A DNA stretch of 54,784 nt, from contig NW_024705315.1 of the NCBI RefSeq assembly GCF_018977255.1, positions 1 to 54,784 of the forward strand, read 5' to 3'. Under the pieces are notes generated by a model. It was not told the DNA's origin, made no database searches, and was given only the letters and a program-made list of their open reading frames with translations. Below, one piece after another: positions 47,210-54,784 of the stretch. Position 1 is the stretch's first letter; each line of letters begins with the position of its first letter. The translations under genes and the position numbers were made by a program. The stretch comes from Callorhinchus milii. Its lineage: Eukaryota.

Positions 47210-47660
47210 CTCGCTCTCCCCGTGTCTCCATCCCCCCTCTTCTTTCTGGATGGTCCAGGTTCAGGGGTCAGGAGTTGACTGGCTGCACTCTGACCTTTGA
47301 CCTTGGCTGTCACCCGAGTGGGATTATCTAACAGCAGTCAACCCATAGTATCAGGATCTGTCCCGTGACCTCCTGCTGCACCTAGCCTGGCACAGCAGTA
47401 AACCCATGGCACCTGGTTTGTTGTGATGACATTACCGCCACGTAGTGGCGAATGGCGGCCATTGTCATTGTGAGTTTGTGTGCTTGTGTGTGAGTAATGG
47501 TGATTGAGTGTGTGACTATCATGTCGTGTCTGTGTGAGTTGGATGGTAGGGGTGTGTTTATGAGGGTGAGTGTGTGTGGATGTGTGAGTATCATGGTGAG
47601 TATGTGAGTGATGGTATGTGACAGTGTGAGTTTTGATGGTGATTGTATCATGGTGAGTGC
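47210..47660. repeat. Dispersed duplicated segment, paralogous to ~51705-52140
   Basis: Shared ...caggttcagg...ggctgcactc.gacctttg.ccttggctgtc...cagcagtcaacccatag...cacctagcctggcacagcag...gtcattgtgagtttgt... Confidence 0.85.
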
Positions 47661-48439
47661 AAGCAATACTGAGCTTGACTTATTTCCCCCCCTCCCTTTA
47701 CCCACTCTTCCTCCCTCTCCCTGTCTCCCCCACTCTCCCCCACCCACTCTACCTCCCGCTCCTTCCCTGCCTCTCTATCCCTCTCCTTTCTCCCGTAACT
47801 ACCTCGCCTGTTATACAGGAGGTCGTGGGTTCGATCCCTACCCTCACACCTGCTATATATTTAGAGTTTGCGTGTATCTCTCCCTCTCTCCCCGTGGTCA
47901 CGTTCAGAGTGTTTAGTTTCTATAAATGTCGACGTGATGATAGGCCACTTCGTTGACCTATCATTTGTGGCATTTTCCCTTCTGAAGAAGAGCTGTGTAG
48001 CTCGATGGGCATTACCTGGAAAAATTGAAATAGTTTAGTTTCCTCTTTTCCTCCTCCCTTCCTCCCTCTCCACACCCCTCCCCCCCAGCACAACAACAAG
48101 AAGCAGGAGGAGGATGGTTTGTCTCCCAAGCCGAGCGCTTCCGGGTCCACCTTCATGATCCTCCCTCTGCCCCGGGGGTGGGGGCGGTGAGATCCCCTCG
48201 CACAGGTTACGGTACCCCACCCACATACACACGGGCTTACGGTGCCCCCACTACACATACGCACAGGGGTACGGTACCCCCCACTCACATGCCAGGCAAT
48301 GTGTACCACACAGAGACCCAAAGACTCACACATAGATCCATAGACTCACACAGACCCATTGACTCGCACAGAAACTAATTAACAAAAAAAAAGACCCGTC
48401 GAAACACGGACAATATACTTACACAAAGACACAGACTCG

Positions 48440-50110
48440 CACAGACTCATCCACTCGTGCACCCACCCACTCAACGACTCACAGGCTTACGCGCTCACCC
48501 AATCCCTCACATACTCACTCAGCCGCTCACTCAGAAATTCACTCAAGAACTCGCTCACCCATTTACCCACCCACTTGCTCACCCACTCGTGCATCCACTC
48601 ACAGAATCACTCGTAAACTCACCCACTCACACCTCAGAAACTGACTCACAAAATAATTCATCCACTCACTCGTGCACTCACTCGCCCACTTACCCATGCG
48701 TGCACAGATTCACCCACTTACTAACTCGGTCACAGACTCCCTCTCTGATAGACTCACTCATAGACTCACTCGCTCACAGACTCAATCACTCACAGACTCA
48801 CTCAAGCTCTCACCCACTAACTTATTCAGAAACTCACTCAACCACCGACCCACTTACTTAAAAACTACCTCACTTATCCGCACCCATTCACTGACCTACT
48901 TACTCATCCACTCGCTCAGCCACTCACTGACCAACTCACTCACTCACAAACTCAGTCGCTCACTCATCCACTCACTCCGAAACTCATTCATCCACCCACC
49001 GACTCACTCGCAACCATTAACTCATCCACTCAATAATTTCATTCATTCACTCATCCACTCACTCAACCATTCACTCATTCAACAACCCACTCACTCACCC
49101 ACCCACTTGGAGACTCTCTCTCACCCACTCACTCACCTACTCGCCCAGTCTATTAGCCACTCATTCAGAAACTCACTTACCTACTCACTCACCCACACAA
49201 TCGATCAATCACTCACTCACCCACTCACTCATCCACTCTTCTACTCACTTAAGAACCCACTCCCTCAACCACCAAGTCAGAATATCACTCCTCCACTCAC
49301 TCACCCATTTACTCACCCACTCGCTCACCCACTCATTCAACAACTTTCTCACTCGTGGACTCACTTTCTTATCCACTCACTCATCCATTCACTCACCCAC
49401 TCGCTCACCCACTCGCTCACCCACTCGCTCACCCACTCGCTCACCCACTCGCTCACAGACTGACTCAGAAACTCACTCATCCAAGCATTCACTCACTGAC
49501 TCACCCATTCATTTAACCATTCACTCACAGACTCACTCGCTCACAGACGCACGAAGAAGCTCACTAACCCACGAACCGATTCAGAAACTCAGTCAACCAC
49601 CAAATCACCTACTCAAAAACTCCTTTACTCATCCGCACTCACTCACTAACCTATCTACTCATTTACTCAATCAGCCACGCTTACTCACTAACTCGCTCAC
49701 TCATGCACTCAGAAAATCACTCATTCACTCACTTAGAAACTCCTACAATCACTGACCCACTCGCTCAAAAACTCACTCATCTACTCTCTCGCTCACTTTC
49801 TTATTTACTCACCCACTCCCTCACCAATTCACTCGTTTCCCCACTCATTCCTTCAGTCACTCACTCATTCAGCAACTCGGTCAATCATTATCTAATTCAA
49901 TCACTCACCCATTCACTCGGAGACTCACTCGCTCACTCATCCTCCACTCACTCACCCACTAACCCACTCAGAAACTCACTCAGCTACTCACTCACCACTC
50001 ATTCACCCACTCATCCACTCATTGAATAAATCACCTACTCGCCCACTTTCTCACCCACTCAATCAGAAACTCATTCACCTACTCACCCACATACTCACTC
50101 ACCCACTTAC
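48440..50110. repeat. Degenerate (ACTC)n low-complexity array
   Basis: cactcactca-rich. The HSLT-repeat ORFs are artefacts. Confidence 0.85.
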
Positions 50111-50129
50111 ACTCGGGAGTGGGTGGTTT

Positions 50130-50335
50130 TAGAGTTCAGTGTTAATCATTGGGACTCCCATAGGGTTCAATGTTGCTCACTGGGTCTCCCATAGGGTTGA
50201 GTGTTAATCAATGGGTCTCCCATAGAGTTCAGTGTGACTCACTTGGGCTCCCATCGGGTTCAGTGTTAATCACTGGGTCTCCCATAGGGTTCAGTGTTAA
50301 TCATTGGGTCTCCCATAGGGTTCAGTGTTAATCAC
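50130..50335. repeat. 31-bp minisatellite (AGGGTTCAGTGTTAATCACTGGGTCTCCCAT), ~6-7 copies
   Basis: Tandem units related to 25018-25145. Confidence 0.85.
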
Positions 50336-50344
50336 AGACCCATA

Positions 50345-50582
50345 GATTCCTAAAACCCTAACCCTATAAACACGTAAGGCTCTATACCCCTAACCCTCAA
50401 AACCCCTATACTCCGAAAACTATAACCCTCTAATCCCCTTCACCCTTAACACCCTAACCTTTTAATCCCCTTAACCCTCTAAACCCCTCACCCTCTAATC
50501 CCCTCACCCACTAAACCCACTAAACTCCTATGCCTCTAAATCCAACCCCCTAACCCTTTGAACCCCTAACTTTCTCCAATCC
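50345..50582. repeat. Degenerate telomere-like (CCCTAA) repeat
   Basis: aaccctctaaacccct-type units. Confidence 0.75.
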
Positions 50583-50757
50583 CATAATAAAGGGGTTTTT
50601 TTGCGGTAAGATCATGTGAATATAAATGTGTCTTAAAACCCATCACCACCCGACACAGTCAATTAATAAAGTTTGTCGCGTGAACAAAAAGTGCCAATTA
50701 GTTTCTACTTTAGCACATCGGTGTGTTGGAGACTAACCCAAATTAACCTTTATTATG
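50583..50757. mobile_element. ~175-bp MITE-like element, copy 3
   Basis: TIR CATAATAAAGG...CCTTTATTATG; aligns with 25779-25945. Confidence 0.7.
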
Positions 50758-51067
50758 AATAACCCCTCAACCCCATAACTCCCCCTGCGCCACCCCCATG
50801 TCCTCCCTCACCCCCCTCACCCCCCCCAGCTGCTACTTCCGTTGAGGCCGGGGCGAGTGGAGGCGGCGCTGTGCATTGTGGGTGGCGAGAGGCTGATTTG
50901 GATTCCCGCTCACGGCCACCGTCAGTGGCTCGTGGCGGCTCGCTGGCTGGGCCTCCTCTACGTCGACTCAGCCAGAAGCAGGTGAGAACCAAGCGCGGTG
51001 TGGACACATCAGCAGTGGCGGTGGTGGGGGGGAGACAAAGGAGGCACCTGGCCCACAGGTGCCTCCT

Positions 51068-51720
51068 TTGTCTCCCTCCTCTCTCTCCCCGTGTCTCCCT
51101 CCTCTCTCTCCCCGTGTCTCCCTCCTCTCTCTCCCGTGTCTCACTCCTCTCTTTCCCCGTGTCTCCCTCCTCTCTCTCCCCGTGTCTCCCTCCTCTCCCC
51201 GTGTCTCACTCCTCTCTCCCCGTGTCTCCCTCCTCTCTCTCCCCGTGTCTCCCTCCTCTCTCTCCCCGTGTCTCCCTCCTCTCTCTCCCCGTGTCTCACT
51301 CCTCTCTCTCCCCGTGTCTCCCTCATCTCTCTCCCCGTGTCTCCCTCCTCTCTCTCCCCGTGTCTCCCTCCTCTCTCTCCCGTGTCTCCCTCCTCTCTCT
51401 CCCCGTGTCTCACTCCTCTCTCTCCCGTGTCTCCCTCCTCTCTCCCCCGTGTCTCCCTCCTCTCTCTCCCGTGTCTCACACTCTCTCTCCCCCGTGTCTC
51501 CCTCTCTCTCTCCCGTGTCTCCCTCCTCTCTCTCCCGTGTCTCACTCCTCTCTCTCCCCGTGTCTCCCTCCCTCCTCTCCCCGTGTCTCACTCCTTTCTC
51601 TCCCGTGTCTCCCTCCTCTCTCTCCCCGTGTCTCCCTCCTCTCTTTCCCCGTGTCTCCCTCCTCTCTCTCCCGTGTCTCCCTCCTCTCTCTCCCCGTGTC
51701 TCCATCCTCTCTCTCCCCAT
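51068..51720. repeat. CT-rich ~22-23-bp minisatellite (CCCGTGTCTCCCTCCTCTCTCT)n
   Basis: Tandem units. The GEREEGDT/SLLSLP ORFs are repeat artefacts. Confidence 0.92.
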
Positions 51721-52089
51721 GTCTCCATGTCCCCTTCTCTCTAGGTGGTGCAGGTTCAGGAGTTTACTGGCTGCACTCCGACCTTTGGCCTTGGCTGTCG
51801 CCCAAGTGGGATTGTCGCACAGCAGTCAACCCATAGCATCAGTATCTGTCCCATGACCTCCTCCTGCACCTAGCCTGGCACAGCAGTCAACCCATGGCAC
51901 CTGGCTCTGTCCCATGACCTCCTGCACCTAGCCTGGCACAGCAGTCAACCCATGGCACCTGGGTTGTTGTGATATCACCATCATGTAGTGGCAAATTACG
52001 GCTGTTGTCATTGTGAGTTTGTAGGCTTGTGTGTGAGTAATGGTGCGTGTGTGACTTTCATGACGTGTGTGAGAGTAGGATGGTCGGGG

Positions 52090-54784
52090 TGTGTGAGTGT
52101 CATGGTGAGTGTGTGTGTGTGAGTATTATGGTGAGTGTGTGGTGTGAGTATCATGGTGAGTGTGTGTGTGTGAGTGTGTGTGTGAGTGTGTGTGTGTGAG
52201 TATTATGGTGAGTGTGTGAGTATCATGGTGAGTGTGTGGTGTGTGAGTGTCATGGTGAGTGTGTGTGTGTGAGTATTATGGTGTGTGTGTGAGTATCATG
52301 GTGAGTGTGTGTGTGTGTGAGTATTATGGTGAGTGTGTGTGTGTGAGTGTCATGGTGAGTGTGTGTGTGTGTGAGTATCATGGTGAGTGTGTGTGTGTGA
52401 GTGTCATGGTGAGTGTGTGTGTGTGAGTATTATGGTGAGTGTGTGAGTATCATGGTGAGTGTGTGTGTGTGAGTGTCATGGTGAGTGTGTGTGTGTGAGT
52501 ATTATGGTGAGTGTGTGGGTGTGTAGTATTATGGTGAGTGTGTGTGTGTGTGAGTGTCATGGTGAGTGTGTGTGTGTGTGAGTATTATGGTGAGTGTGGG
52601 TGTGTGAGTATTATGGTGAGTGTGTGTGTGTGAGTATCATGGTGAGTGTGTGTGTGTGAGTATTATGGTGAGTGTGGGTGTGTGAGTATTATGGTGAGTG
52701 TGTGTGTGTGAGTGTCATGGTGAGTGTGTGTGTGTGTGAGTGTCATGGTGAGTGTGGGTGTGTGAGTGTCATGGTGAGTGTGTGTGTGTGAGTATCATGG
52801 TGAGTGTGTGTGTGAGTATTATGGTGAGTGTGTGTGTGTCATGGTGAGTGTGTGGGTGTGTGAGTATCATGGTGAGTGTGTGTGTGAGTATTATGGTGAG
52901 TGTGTGAGTTCATGGTGAGTGTGTGGTGTGTGAGTATCATGGTGAGTGTGGGTGTGTGAGTGTCATGGTGAGTGTGTGTGTGAGTATCATGGTGAGTGTG
53001 TGTGTGAGTATTATGGTGAGTTGTGTGTGTGTCATGGTGAGTGTGTGTGTGTGTGTGTCATGGTGAGTGTGGGTGTGTGAGTGTCATGGTGAGTGTGGTG
53101 TGTGAGTGTCATGGTGAGTGTGGGTGTGTGAGTGTCATGGTGAGTGTGTGGGTGTGTGAGTGTCATGGTGAGTGTGTGGTGTGTGAGTGTCATGGTGAGT
53201 GTGTGTGTGTGTGAGTGTCATGGTGAGTGTGTGGGTGTGTGAGTGTCATGGTGAGTGTGTGGGTGTGTGAGTGTCATGGTGAGTGTGTGTGTGTGAGTGT
53301 CATGGTGAGTGTGTGGGTGTGTGAGTATCATGGTGAGTGTGTGTGTGTGAGTATCATGGTGAGTGTGTGTGTGAGTGTCATGGTGAGTGTGTGTGTGTGA
53401 GTGTCATGGTGAGTGTGGGTGTGTGAGTGTCATGGTGAGTGTGTGTGTGAGTATCATGGTGAGTGTGTGTGTGTGAGTGTCATGGTGAGTGTGTGTGTGT
53501 GAGTATCATGGTGAGTGTGTGTGTGTCATGGTGAGTGTGTGTGTGTGTGAGTGTCATGGTGAGTGTGGGTGTGTGAGTGTCATGGTGAGTGTGGGTGTGT
53601 GAGTGTCATGGTGAGTGTGGTGTGTGAGTGTCATGGTGAGTGTGTGGTGTGTGAGTGTCATGGTGAGTGTGTGGGTGTGTGAGTGTCATGGTGAGTGTGT
53701 GTGTGTGTGAGTGTCATGGTGAGTGTGGGTGTGTGAGTGTCATGGTGAGTGTGTGGTGTGTGAGTGTCATGGTGAGTGTGTGTGTGTGAGTGTCATGGTG
53801 AGTGTGTGGGTGTGTGAGTATCATGGTGAGTGTGTGTGTGTGAGTATCATGGTGAGTGTGTGTGTGAGTGTCATGGTGAGTGTGTGTGTGTGAGTGTCAT
53901 GGTGAGTGTGGTGTGTGAGTGTCATGGTGAGTGTGTGTGTGAGTATCATGGTGAGTGTGTGTGTGTGAGTGTCATGGTGAGTGTGTGTGTGTGTGAGTAT
54001 CATGGTGAGTGTGTGTGTGTGTGAGTATCATGGTGAGTGTGTGTGTGAGTGTCATGGTGAGTGTGTGTGTGTGTGAGTATCATGGTGAGTGTGGGTGTGT
54101 GTGAGTATCATGGTGAGTGTGGTGTGTGAGTATTATGGTGAGTGTGTGTGTGTGAGTATCATGGTGAGTGTGTGTGTGTGAGTGTCATGGTGAGTGTGTG
54201 GTGTGTGAGTGTCATGGTGAGTGTGTGGGTGTGTGAGTGTCATGGTGAGTGTGTGTGTGTGTGAGTATCATGGTGAGTGTGTGTGGTGTGAGTGTCATGG
54301 TGAGTGTGTGGGTGTGTGAGTATCATGGTGAGTGTGTGTGTGTGAGTGTCATGGTGAGTGTGTGTGTGTGAGTGTCATGGTGAGTGTGTGTGTTGTGAGT
54401 GTCATGGTGAGTGTGTGTGTGTGAGTGTCATGGTGAGTGTGTGTGTGTGTGAGTATCATGGTGAGTGTGTGTGTGAGTATCATGGTGAGTGTGTGTGTGT
54501 GAGTGTCATGGTGAGTGTGGGTGTGTGAGTGTCATGGTGAGTGTGTGTGTGTGAGTGTCATGGTGAGTGTGTGTGTGTGTGAGTGTCATGGTGAGTGTGT
54601 GTGTGTGAGTGTCATGGTGAGTGTGTGTGTGTGAGTATTATGGTGAGTGTGTGTGTGTGAGTATCATGGTGAGTGTGTGTGTGTGAGTATATGGGATGTG
54701 TGTGTGTGAGTGTCATGGTGAGTGTGGGTGTGTGAGTGTCATGGTGAGTGTGTGTGTGTGAGTATTATGGTGAGTGTGTGTGTG
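52090..54784. repeat. Satellite of GAGT(G/A)TCATGGTGA + variable (GT)n, ~24-30-bp units, running off the window end
   Basis: Continuous tandem array. Confidence 0.95.

Noticed and set aside
47800..47850. tRNA gene suggested by GGTTCGATCCC (similar word at ~34045)
   Set aside because: Only a B-box/T-arm-like word is present and no cloverleaf forms. At most it is a decayed tRNA-derived SINE head.
48457..54024. ORFs in the ACTC, CT-rich and GT-rich arrays
   Set aside because: Low-complexity translations open in several frames on both strands, with non-triplet unit lengths.

Overview
Repeat-dense animal genomic DNA. It is probably vertebrate, and the repeat landscape is reminiscent of lamprey, but that assignment is only inference. 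Protein-coding content: (i) a 7-finger C2H2 zinc-finger ORF (1922-2911, +); (ii) a multi-exon, divergent DYRK/HIPK-like (CMGC) kinase on the minus strand, reconstructed by hand from 8 phase-compatible exonic segments (45795->32406). The kinase ends in a long Glu/Val-rich repeat tail, and its N-lobe exons were not found in the window. Mobile DNA: a Penelope-like element (RT + GIY-YIG) with an inverted pseudo-LTR; several short fold-back Penelope tail insertions; seven minimal hammerhead ribozymes with covarying stems across these Penelope sequences; three Ty3/Gypsy-type LTR elements; an RTE-type LINE fragment; a Charlie3/MER1-like hAT deletion derivative; other MITEs; and several satellites. 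Most striking: one Gypsy element sits inside a kinase exon. Its CAGG target-site duplication plus TG...CA termini create a GT donor and an AG acceptor, so the whole element could be spliced out and exactly restore ...TPVQ/ALAHNW.... A 6.6-kb block after the N-gap (3360-9985) looks statistically random and could not be annotated.
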